A DNA stretch of 64,000 nucleotides from Macrostomum hystrix (lineage: Eukaryota; Animalia; Platyhelminthes), in contig CATNEN010000005.1 of NCBI GenBank assembly GCA_950097015.1, positions 5,456,001 through 5,520,000 on the forward strand, written 5' to 3'. Below are positions 25,601 to 36,335 of this stretch, in pieces. The translations under genes and the position numbers were made by a program. How positions within the stretch are numbered: position 1 is the stretch's first letter; the number at the start of each line of letters is the position of its first letter. The notes below the pieces were generated by a model. The model did no database searches. It had not been told where the DNA came from and saw nothing but the letters and a program-made list of their open reading frames with translations.

Positions 25601-28450
25601 CGCAGCCCACCACCCCCTAAATACACGCAGCCCACCACCCCTAAATACACGCAGCCCACCACCCCTAAATACACGCAGCCCACCACCCCCTAAATACACG
25701 CAGCCCACCACCCCTAAATACACGCAGCCCACCACCCCCTAAATACACGCAGCCCACCACCCCCTAAATACACGCAGCCCACCACCCCTAAATACACGCA
25801 GCCCACCACCCCCTAAATACACGCAGCCCACCACCCCTAAATACACGCAGCCCACCACCCCCTAAATACACGCAGCCCACCACCCCTAAATACACGCAGC
25901 CCACCACCCCCTAAATACACGCAGCCCACCACCCCTAAATACACGCAGCCCACCACCCCTAAATACACGCACACCACCACCCCTAAATACACGCAGCCCA
26001 CCACCCTAAATACACGCAGCCCACCACCCCCAAAAAACACGCAGCCCACCACCCCCTAAATACACGCAGCCCACCACCCCTAAATACACGCAGCCCACCA
26101 CCCCTAAATACACATCCCAATCAACCGCCATAAAACTAATCACCAACCTCCTCCGCAGCCAGGTCTCGCACAAAGAATGAAGCGGCCTGCGTGCATGGCG
26201 ATCCACCAGGGAATTCCCTGGACACAAGCCGCTGGTCCTTGCCAAGGCTCATTGTGCAGATGCGCACACTACTAGACGCAGCCTCGGCCAATGGCTCCTC
26301 GCCGTCAGCTTGCACAACAGCTGGTGCTCCTCCGGCCGTGGACTTGGAGATGCGCAATGTCACCGTGATGACGCCACAGACCGGACGGTTGGCAGCGCCG
26401 GTGGCCGCTGATTTGGCGGCTTCGGCAGCATCGACTGCCAATGGTGCCATGGGATCCTGGGAGAAACAAGGAGCGCAAGGAACGATTTCTTAATGATCCG
26501 ATGAAGCTGCAACTCTAGAGTACTTCATTATCGTGAACCTCACCAGTGCAGAGTACAGCACCAGTTCACCGGGATCAACCATCGCCGTTGTCAGGGACTC
26601 TTCGACTGCCTGTTTCAGCCACTGCCTCAGCACTGGCACGAAGGCCACGTTGACGGCGCGAGTGATTCGCAAACTGAAATAAACGTCCGGCCGTTCGCTG
26701 AACGCGGCAGTGACGCGGGCGACGTGCGGAAATCTGGCAGTCAGATCCAGCTGAACGCACAGTTGCAATCGGCCACTGAGGCTCAACTGCCCGAAGCTGA
26801 CAGACGGCCCGACGCCTAGGCGACGTATCCTGGTGGCAAAGTCCATGCGAAACTGGTCACAGTGCAACTCCAGCTGGCACTCCAGCACCAGGCGGTACTG
26901 AGAGGCGCGGTACACCTCTTGAGGCGGGCGGCCCGCGTTGCCCCAGGTAGCGGCGATCTGGGGATGTGGGAGAAATGAAGAAACTATATCCAAAGTGATG
27001 TCAATCCCATCCTGGAAGAGACACTGAATCCCATCCTGGAAGAGACACTGAATCCCATCCTAGAAGAGATACTGTATCCCATCCTAGAAGGAACGCCTTA
27101 TCCATCATACTAGATTCCCTAGCAACCAAATCGCTCCCGAAAGCAAAAGCCTCACTAACCAGGCTCTGATCAGCTTCAGTAGCTTCAAACGCCCTGAGCT
27201 GCCGCACAATGGGCGTGTCCTCTCCCAAGCTGAACCTATCCAAGCTGACACTCTGCAGAAAAGCCGGTCGCCTCTGCTCTAGCTGATAATCCAGTGCTCG
27301 TTTGACAGCCGATTGTATCGACTCGGCTGAGAAGGCCCACCAGCGATTAACGAGAAAGTTGAGCCACTCAGCGGACTCAGCGCCAGTCATGGCGCGCCTA
27401 CGAGTGGCCAGCAGTGCGGCGCGTTGAACGGCCGACCGGGTCAGACGGGAGACCCGGACTCGCCACAGGTGAAACAGAACCGCTAGTAGGACAGTCGGCC
27501 ATGCGCCTGGCGGGAAGATAAGCAACAATTATAATATTAGGCGAGCATAGCTTGTGGCTTGAGCTCTGGTTATGAGATGAGACACAATAGTAGACTTGGC
27601 AAAGAAAGGAGACAGGAGAGATTAGACAGTAGAGAGGATAAGAAAAGAGGAGACGAGAGAGATAAGACAAGAGGAGACGGGAGAGACAAGAAAAGAGGAG
27701 ACGGGAGAGACAAGAAAAGAGGAGACGGGAAAGACAAGAAAAGAGGAGACGAGAGAGATAAGACAAGAGGAGACGAGAGAAATAAGACAAGAGGAGACGA
27801 GAGAGATAAGACAAGAGGAGACGAGAGAGATAAGAAAAGAGTACACGAGAGAGATAAGAAAAGAGGAGACGAGAGAGATAAGACAAGAGGAGACGAGAGA
27901 GATAAGACAAGAGGAGACGAGAGAGATAAGACAAGAGGAGACGAGAGAGATAAGACAAGAGGAGACGAGAGAGATAAGAAAAGAGGAGACGAGAGAGATA
28001 AGACAAGAGGAGACGAGAGAGATAAGACGAGATGAGACGAGAGAGATAAGACAAGAGGAGACGAGAGAGATAAGACAAGAGGGGACGGGAGAGATAAGAA
28101 AAGAGGAGACGAGAGAGATAAGAAAAGAGGAGACGAGAGAGGGGAGAGAGAGATAAATGAGAGAGTAGAACAGCTAAGATAAGAGAATCAAAAGACAGGA
28201 GAGGGAGGGAGAGACTAGATAGGGGTAGATTAGAGTTAAAGGATAAAGAGAGGGTAAAAAAAGTAAATTAGAACTCAGTCAGCCAGATCGAATCAATTAT
28301 CTGAGCCTTCCTCTCACCGCTAAATCCCAAGCAGCCAAGCGCGTAAGCGATCAGTACACAGCCGGCCACAACCAAGTATAGCAGGATCATCTGCAGCTGC
28401 TGATTGGACGCGTGGTCTCCGAGGATTTCTTGCTCCCATGGAGACGGCAT
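10757..28450 (-). CDS. Extended-synaptotagmin/tricalbin-like ER-PM tether: N-terminal membrane anchor + SMP domain + seven C2 domains, ~1673 aa, 29 coding exons
   Basis: Phase-consistent GT-AG exons: 28450-28318, 27506-27160, 26957-26544, 26456-26148, 25079-24979, 24903-24794, 24648-24631, 24096-23990, 23923-23840, 23535-23446, 23376-23241, 22699-22614, 22320-22306, 21868-21802, 21701-21499, 21406-21320, 21214-20846, 20698-20609, 20229-20068, 19539-19333, 18955-18878, 17124-16990, 16868-16712, 16622-16414, 15846-15757, 13733-13264, 12007-11817, 11769-11649, 11192-10757 (sum 5022 nt). SMP signature ESAEWLNFLVNRWW...FSLGEDTP. C2 motifs such as DRTGESDPY..YDYD..DDFLG and DRGGTSDPFV..WDKD..KDFLG. 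Confidence 0.88.
11203..11595. repeat. Intronic minisatellite, ~21 bp unit GGGGGCGGATGACTAGAGTAA
   Basis: About 18 copies filling the last intron of the C2/SMP gene; produces the spurious Pro/Ser/His repeat in ORF 10757..11614. Confidence 0.95.
12083..12368. repeat. Intronic minisatellite, ~41 bp unit GGAGGGAGGTGGTCGGTCAGGGAAGGGCCGTGTGTACATTA
   Basis: About 7 copies. Confidence 0.95.
12780..12922. repeat. (AGAC)n microsatellite
   Basis: Direct reading, interrupted by AGAG. Confidence 0.97.
13752..15682. repeat. Intronic minisatellite, 16-17 bp unit GGTGAGATTTGGTAAGG
   Basis: Over 100 copies filling almost the whole intron between exons at 15757 and 13733; the plus strand is nearly C-free. 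Confidence 0.98.
17895..18680. repeat. Intronic minisatellite, ~23 bp unit ACCCTAGATTCTACCTTCTATCT
   Basis: About 30 moderately diverged copies. Confidence 0.95.
22818..23130. repeat. Intronic tandem repeat, 52 bp unit
   Basis: Six copies of AATCAGATAACAGACAGGGGTAGAGTGTAGATTCCGAAAACATTTTTCAACC (first two start at 22818 and 22870). Confidence 0.95.
23575..23805. repeat. Intronic tandem repeat, 66-68 bp unit with conserved core GCCAATCCGAAACAG
   Basis: Core at 23582, 23648, 23716 and 23784; the intervening segments are homologous to each other. Confidence 0.9.
25195..26115. repeat. Intronic minisatellite, 24-25 bp unit AAATACACGCAGCCCACCACCCCCT
   Basis: About 37 copies starting ~30 nt after the donor at 26147. 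Confidence 0.98.
27003..27095. repeat. Short intronic tandem repeat, 24 bp unit AATCCCATCCTGGAAGAGACACTG
   Basis: About 4 copies; gives the GWDSVSLP tail of ORF 27001..27528. Confidence 0.9.
27640..28135. repeat. Intronic purine-rich minisatellite, 24 bp unit GAGAGATAAGACAAGAGGAGACGA
   Basis: About 20 copies; source of ORFs 27398..28078 and 27559..28035. Confidence 0.96.
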
Positions 28451-28729
28451 CGCGACTAAATATCTAATGCTTTATAAAATCTCTAAGTCGATTTAAAAAA
28501 TCTGTCGATCAGATGGCGACAGCAGCGGATTTTCCGCCGGTCACTCTAGAGTGGCGGCTGGAAATATTTAAACAAGAAAACAGCTTTGATTAACTAGCTT
28601 TTCTAGCTAAAATTTTTGATAACTTATAAAATTAAAATAATGAGAATTAAAGGTGCAATTTAAGAACAATGAGACATTTATAAGGATTTAGATTTATAAG
28701 TGTAAAGACTTTGCATGTGTGAGATCTGG

Positions 28730-29305
28730 ATGTTAAATGGGTGAGATTTATAAGGGGTGAGTTTATATGGGTGAGATTTGTAAGGGTGAGATTCATAAGG
28801 GTGAGATTTAGGAGTGGTAAGATTATGTAGGGTGAGAATTAGGAGTGGTAAGATTATGTAGGGTGAGATTTAGGAGTGGTAAGATTATGTAGGGTGAGAT
28901 TTAGGAGTGGTAAGATTATGTAGGGTGAGATTTAGGAGTGGTAAGATTATGTATGGTGAGATTTAGGAGTGGTAAGATTATGTAGGGTGAGATTTAGGAG
29001 TGGTAAGATTATGTAGGGTGAGATTTAGGAGTAGTAAGATTATGTAGGGTGAGATTTAGGAGTGGTAAGATTATGTAGGGTGAGATTTAGGAGTGGTAAG
29101 ATTATGTAGGGTGAGATTTAGGAGTGGTAAGATTATGTAGGGTGAGATTTAGGAGTGGTAAGATTTTGTAGGGTGAGATTTAGGAGTAGTAAGATTATGT
29201 AGGGTGAGATTTAGGAGTGGTAAGATTATGTAGGGTGAGATTTAGGAGTGGTAAGATTATGTAGGGTGAGATTTAGGAGTGGTAAGATTATGTAGGGTGA
29301 GATTT
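28730..29305. repeat. Minisatellite, 31 bp unit GGGTGAGATTTAGGAGTGGTAAGATTATGTA
   Basis: About 16 near-identical copies plus a degenerate left flank, between the ATG exon and a putative non-coding exon near 29400. Confidence 0.97.
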
Positions 29306-30279
29306 AGAAGGAGCTAGTTATTTTAGAATATTCTGTGTAAAAAAATCTAAAAAGTAACAAATTAATTCTGATTAAAGTTTTCCTAACTGCCTAACTTACC
29401 AGAAAACGAAAATTTCTTCTTCTTTTCTGGCTCACTGCTTTAAAAGCCGAAGTTGAGCCTCACTAACTCTTGGTGACCATACATAAAGCCTAATAAATGT
29501 ACACCAGTTCTAACTAGCTGCAGCAAACAAAAAACTGCCTGCACTGAGAACAGGAGTAAAATTTGTGGGTGTTTTACAGTTTATTTGCAAAACAAATGAA
29601 TGAATGAATGAATATATAATAAGAATTTTACTTCTAGAAAAGAAATGAGCATTTTTGCCCGGTAATAGGTAAGCAGCGGAAGAATTTTGTTTTTCTAAAA
29701 CTACGACGAAACCATTTATTCTTCTGAATAAGTTGTAGAAGGTAATCTTGCTTTTTTACGTACACGGTCAGCGTACAAATGTTTTTTTTGTCTATCACAT
29801 TTTTTATCACACGGCTTTCTTTCCTATCTCGTACAATCTTAGGAAAGATTCCATGAAAATATAAAAAACTCTACACATTTACTTTTTAAGCTACTCAAAG
29901 TAAAAATGTGAAAATTTCAAATGCTAAATTTAAAAACGTTTTTGGCTTTTTGCGTAGATAATGGTACAATGTCGAATATTTTTACAGAAATAAATAAGAA
30001 AACGAGATTTGAAACCCAAAAAAAACAGATTTTTAGCAATTTTATTTTAAAATTTTAATATTGTTACTAAATTAGTAATCACATTTCAAAAAACGTTAAA
30101 TTAAGTTCTGATAAAATAACTTTGAGGTTACTGAAGTATTGGCACAAAACTATTCGAAGAAAAAATTAATGGAATCATTAAACAGCGAGCCATCTAGCCG
30201 CTTGAAAAGTATACGATTCTAAATTTTGTCGATATTTTAATTTTATATGTACAAAACAAAAACCAAGCTCCTTATTTTT

Positions 30280-30470
30280 AGCTCTGCTCTCCTGTCTGTT
30301 CTCTCCCGTGTCTCATTTCTCCCAGGTCTCATCTCTCTCGTGTGTCATCTCTCCCGTGTCTCATCTCTCCCATGTCTCGTCTCTCCCATGTCTCATCTCT
30401 TCTCTGTATCAGCTCTACCGTGTCTCATCTCTGCGTGTCTCATCACGCCCGTGTCTCATCTCACCTTAAT
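30280..30470. repeat. Degenerate pyrimidine-rich repeat (GTGTCTCATCTCTC-like)
   Basis: Repeated TCTCATCTC/CGTGTC motifs. Confidence 0.8.
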
Positions 30471-30649
30471 CTCTTCTCTTCGCTGTTTCATTTTGGGAAC
30501 TCACTATTTGGCTTGACCATTACATCAGCCGAGGTACAGTTACCAAACCCGGAACAATAAGTTCTAAAATTGAACTCGAATGAGTATAGGAAGACAAAGA
30601 TGTCTCAGACAAACTGAGCACCTGACTTAATAGCGCCAAAGCTTCCAAC

Positions 30650-32436
30650 TCAAAGCTTCGCAGCAGCGGCAGCAGAGCCGCCAAGTCTTCTATACAATGC
30701 CACTGAGCAGCTTGAGCCCAATCCGAAATTGTGCTGCAAGGCCCACATATCCTCATCAACCAGAGGTACCTGCCGACCATTGGCCACGCCACGGTGCTGC
30801 CAAACAATTTCGGCGCATTGGGCCACGCCGCTAGCACCGATCGGGTGACCTTTGGACATCAAACCGCCTGAGGGATTGATTACCTGCTGCCGTCCGGTCA
30901 CAAAAACAGCTCCTTCGCCGCTAGTTGGCGCCCATCGGCCAGCCTTGAAGTACTCGGGTCCACGGCCAGTATCGGCTAGATCCAGAGCTTCATAGAGCAT
31001 CAACTCGTTGCTAGCGAAACAGTCGTGCAGCTCCACAATGCGCAGCTGGGTCCTGGGATCGAGTCGCTGTCTATGGTAGATCCTACTAGAAGCAACGCGA
31101 GCTTGAGTTAAGCCGCATAGACTAGAGAAGCCGCCGCCTTTGACATTGCTCCCGTGCTCAAAGGTGTCAGAAAAATCGCTGACAATTTCCTGATCGACTA
31201 GTTCGGTCACTGGCAGTCTTCTCCCAGACCACCAAGCTGCTGTCGCCATGACAACGCAAGCGGCGCCAGTAGCTACGGGAGCGCAAAAACTAACCCGAAT
31301 TGGCGGACAGAGCATGGGAGCTTTGAGCAGCTGGTCTGGCGACTGCGGCTTGACCCGGCTGAGCATAGCTCTGGGATTCTGCGAGCCGTGCGTGCGCGCC
31401 TTGTAAGCCACTGAAGCCAGCAGCTGCTCTGACATCATGGCCGGCTGATTGGCAGCGTCGCGATATTCAGCAGCCGCGCCCGCAAACATTCGAATCTGTG
31501 CGATAGATTTTTTGTTTAAATGCTTAGGTATTTTTGTATTTTGAGACGCGAAGCTTGTAATGACCTTGGTTAGAGCTGGTCTGATCTAGAGGTCAGGAGT
31601 TCGAGTCTCTGTTCAAGGGAAACAAGGGGTTGTATACTATAGACACTTGAATGGAGATCGGAGGGAGTGAGTGGCACGGTGGTTAACGCGGCGAAGCGAC
31701 ATTCATTTGGGGCTTAGCAGCGGAGAGAAGGCTTGGAGGCTTGTCGTGCAATTTACGCCCTTGAGGGCCAACCTCCAAGGCACAGTGCGAGTGCACAGTT
31801 CCTGACGATGAGAAAGTCAGAGCGGATTTACAGACCTGTTAAATGTGCAGAATTGCCTCCTCGCTGGCTGCGTGTCTAGTGTCACCAATTTATGCGCCAT
31901 GGCTTGCATCCTGGATAATCGCATAGATTGTGACTCTCACTTACAACATCGCTTGTCCACTGAGACATTCCAGACGTGCAGAGGTCGCGACTGCCTCCCA
32001 GTTGACTAACCCGATCGCAGTGCCGACCAACCGGGTCCGGCCTTTCAGGATATCCTCGACTGAGACCACCGCGCTCCATCTGTTCAAATCCCAGGACTAG
32101 AACCGGACCGCAATTTGTTCCCAGTGTGCCAGACAACAGCAAAGATCGGGCTAAAGCGATGGCCGAACTGCCAGACGAGCAGTTGTTGTTCACATTGTAG
32201 ACTGGAGCACCAGTTAGGCCCAGTCTGTAGACAGCACGCTGACCTGCAGCCGGATCTCCGTAACAATAACTAGCCACCACAGCCGACACATCGGTGTAGC
32301 TGATGCCGGCGTCCTGAAGAGCTTCGGCAGCAGCCGCGGCAGCCAGTTGATCGTAGTCGAAGCCCGGACTATCGGCTGCTGGTTGAGGCCGGCTAAATTG
32401 AGTCATGCCGGCGCCGACTATGAGAATGCGAGACAT
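30650..32436 (-). CDS. SCP2: SCP2/SCPx-type peroxisomal thiolase (thiolase domain only), ~445 aa, 2 exons
   Basis: Exons 32436-31945 and 31495-30650 (phase 0, GTAAGT..CACAG). Motifs: VGAGMT; NVNNNCSSGSSA (catalytic Cys); LGFEQM; VELHDCF; INPSGGLMSKGHPIGASG; LQHNFGLG. C-terminal AKL peroxisomal targeting signal. Confidence 0.92.
31565..31615 (+). pseudogene. Degenerate tRNA-like fragment / SINE head
   Basis: TTGGTTAGAGC...AGGTCAGGAGTTCGAGTCTC resembles tRNA D-arm and T-arm (A/B boxes); no complete acceptor stem is evident. Confidence 0.35.
31665..31850 (+). mobile_element. Dispersed repeat copy 3 (probable tRNA-derived SINE) inside the thiolase intron
   Basis: A-box-like GTGGCACGGTGGTTAAC, then TTGGGGCTTAGCAGCGGAGAGAAGGCTTGGA..TTGTCGTGCAA.TTACGCCCTTGAGGGCCAACCTCCAAGGCACAGTG, which is the reverse complement of 8880-8975. 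Confidence 0.75.
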
Positions 32437-32589
32437 GGCTGCGATTCGAGGGCGCTAGCGGTTGTGGGGCTGCAACAGAGGAGCGAAGCCTTTTCGGAAC
32501 TCACACTAACATTATTGAGATTATTAGCACTTGCTATTCAATAACAGAATATTGCTATGAGATTCGAATGATAAAGAATTGGGAATTTG

Positions 32590-35500
32590 TAGAATATTAT
32601 ATAGAGATTTGTTAGATATCTAATAGATATTCGTTGGATATTGGATAGAGATTTGTTAGATATCTAATAGATATTCGTTGGATATTGGATCGAGATTTGT
32701 TAGATATTGGATAGAGATTCGTTGGATATTGGATAGAGATTCGTTGAATATTGGATAGAGATTTGTTGGATATTGGATAGAGATTTGTTGGATATTGGAT
32801 AGAGATTTGTTGGATATTGGATAGAGATTCTTTGGATATTGGATAGAGATTCTTTGAATATTGGATAGAGATTCTTTGAATATTGGATAGAGATTCGTTG
32901 GATATTGGATAGAGATTTGTTGGATATTGGATAGAGATTTGTTGGATATTGGATAGAGATTTGTTGGATATTGGATAGAGATTATTTGGATATTGGATAG
33001 AGATTCGTTGAATATTGGATAGAGATTCTTTGAATATTGGATAGAGATTCGTTGGATATTGGATAGAGATTCGTTGGATATTGGATAGAGATTCGTTGGA
33101 TATTGGATAGAGATTTGTTGGATATTGGATAGAGATTCTTTGGATATTGGATAGAGATTCTTTGAATATTGGATAGAGATTCTTTGAATATTGGATAGAG
33201 ATTCGTTGGATATTGGATAGAGATTCTTTGAATATTGGATAGAGATTCGTTGGATATTGGATAGAGATTCGTTGGATATTGGATAGAGATTCTTTGGATA
33301 TTGGATAGAGATTCTTTGGATATTGGATAGAGATTCTTTGGATATTGGAAAGAGATTCGTTGGATATTGGATAGAGATTCGTTGGATATTGGATAGAGAT
33401 TCGTTGGATATTGGATAGAGATTCGTTGGATATTAGATAGAGATTCTTTGGATATTAGATAGAGATTCGTTGGATATTAGATAGAGATTCTTTGGATATT
33501 AGATAAAGATTCGTTGGACATTGGATAGAGATTCTTTGGATATTGGATAGAGATTCGTTGGATATTGGATAGGGATTCGTTGGATATTGGATCGGGATTC
33601 GTTGTATATTGGATCGAGATTCGTTGGATATTGGATCGAGATTCGTTGTATATTGGATCGAGATTCGTTGTATATTGGATAGGGATTCGTTAGATATTGG
33701 ATCGAGATTCGTTGTATATTGGATCGAGATTCGTTGTATATTGGATCGAGATTCGTTGGATATTGGATCGAGATTCGTTGGATATTGGATAGAGATTCTT
33801 TGGATATTGGATAGAGATTCTTTGAATATTGGATAGAGATTCGTTGGATATTGGATAGAGATTCGTTGGATATTGGATAGAGATTCTTTGGATATTGGAT
33901 AGAGATTCTTTGGATATTGGATAGAGATTCTTTAGATATTGAATAGAGATTCTTTGGATATTGGAAAGAGATTCGTTGGATATTGGATAGAGATTCTTTG
34001 GATATTGGATAGAGATTCGTTGGATATTGGATAGAGATTCATTGGATATTAGATAGAGATTCTTTGGATATTAGATAGAGATTCGTTGGATATTAGATAG
34101 AGATTCTTTGGATATTAGATAAAAGTTTCGTTGGATATTGGATAGAGATTCTTTGGATATTGGATAGAGATTCTTTGGATATTAGATAGAGATTCGTTGG
34201 ATATTGGATAGGGATTCGTTGGATATTGGATCGGGATTCGTTGTATATTGGATCGAGATTCGTTGGATATTGGATAGAGATTCGTTGGATATTGGATCGA
34301 GATTCGTTGGATATTGGATCGAGATTCGTTGTATATTGGATCGAGATTCGTTGGATATTGGATAGGGATTCGTTGGATATTGGATAGAGATTCGTTGGAT
34401 ATTGGATAGAGATTCGTTGGATATTGGATAGGGATTCGTTAGATATTGGATCGAGATTCGTTGTATATTGGATCGAGATTCGTTGTATATTGGATCGAGA
34501 TTCGTTGGATATTGGATAGGGATTCGTTAGATATTGGATCGAGATTCGTTGTATATTGGATCGAGATTCGTTGTATATTGGATCGAGATTCGTTGGATAT
34601 TGGATCGAGATTCGTTGGATATTGGATAGAGATTCGTTGGATATTGGATAGAGATTCGTTGGATATTGGATAGAGATTCGTTAGATATTGGATCGAGATT
34701 CGTTAGATATTGGATCGAGATTCGTTGGATATTGGATAGGGATTCGTTAGATATTGGATCGAGATTCGTTGGATATTGGATAGAGATTCGTTAGATATTG
34801 GATCGAGATTCGTTGGATATTGGATCGAGATTCGTTGGATATTGGATAGAGATTCGTTGGATATTGGATAGAGATTCGTTGGATATTGGATAGAGATTCG
34901 TTAGATATTGGATCGAGATTCGTTAGATATTGGATCGAGATTCGTTGGATATTGGATCGAGATTCGTTGGATATTGGATAGAGATTCGTTGGATATTGGA
35001 TCGAGATTCGTTGGATATTGGATAGAGATTCGTTGGATATTGGATAGAGATTCGTTGGATATTGGATAGAGATTCGTTAGATATTGGATCGAGATTCGTT
35101 GGATATTGGATCGAGATTCGTTGGATATTGGATAGGGATTCGTTGTATATTGGATCGAGATTCGTTGTATATTGGATCGAGATTCGTTGGATATTGGATA
35201 GGGATTCGTTAGATATTGGATCGAGATTCGTTGTATATTGGATCGAGATTCGTTGTATATTGGATCGAGATTCGTTGGATATTGGATAGGGATTCGTTGT
35301 ATATTGGATCGAGATTCGTTGTATATTGGATCGAGATTCGTTGTATATTGGATCGAGATTCGTTGGATATTGGATAGGGATTCGTTTGATATTGGATCGA
35401 GATTCGTTAGATATTGGATCGAGATTCGTTGTATATTGGATCGAGATTCGTTGGATATTGGATAGGGATTTGTTTGATATTGGATCTAGATTCGTTGTAT

Positions 35501-35988
35501 ATTGGATCGAGATTCGTTGGATATTGGATCGAGATTCGTTGGATATTGGATCGAGATTCGTTGGATATTGGATAGAGATTCGTTGGATATTGGATAGAGA
35601 TTCGTTGGATATTGGATAGGGATTCGTTGGATATTGGATCGAGATTCGTTAGATATTGGATCGAGATTCGTTGGATATTGGATAGGGATTCGTTAGATAT
35701 TGGATCGAGATTCGTTGGATATTGGATAGAGATTCGTTAGATATTGGATCGAGATTCGTTGGATATTGGATCGAGATTCGTTGGATATTGGATAGAGATT
35801 CGTTGGATATTGGATAGAGATTCGTTGGATATTGGATAGAGATTCGTTAGATATTGGATCGAGATTCGTTAGATATTGGATCGAGATTCGTTGGATATTG
35901 GATAGAGATTCGTTGGATATTGGAAAGAGATTTGTTGGATATTGGATAGAGATTCGTTGGATATTGGAAAGAGATTTGTTGGATATTG
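32590..35988. repeat. Large intergenic satellite, 22 bp unit GATATTGGATAGAGATTCGTTG
   Basis: About 150 copies between the thiolase 5' end and the NlpC/P60 gene 3' end; all ORFs at 33609-35619 are artefacts of it. Confidence 0.99.
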
Positions 35989-36335
35989 AATATTTTGTTT
36001 TGTTTTAATTTTGTTTTTGTTTTTGTTTTACTAACTTTAAATAATCGTATTAAAATAAACAAAACTTTAAAGACAAGACTTCATTCAGTATCGGACGGAT
36101 GACAAAAGTGTATTAGTTTCTTCAGCGTAAAAGAATTAAAATTATCCTAAAACTTTAATAATAGGAAGTCTCCTCTAGAAGTGCATCGGATAAAGAAGGA
36201 ATGCAGAAAGAAAATAAAGAAAAACTCGACCAACTCTACTCATTAGTAGAATATATATGTTTATGCAAGAGAAAAATATCACGAGAAATTCACAAAAATT
36301 CACAACTGCTTCTTTAGCCACTTAGCCAAAGAAGT

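Noticed and set aside
30650-31489. Functional lipid cluster (thiolase next to the SMP lipid-transfer gene)
   Set aside because: The products act in different compartments (peroxisome versus ER-PM contacts) and there is no shared regulatory evidence; adjacency alone is insufficient.
33609-35619. Repeated ORFs MDRDSLDIGSRF...
   Set aside because: Translations of the 22 bp satellite using alternative starts; no coding signal.
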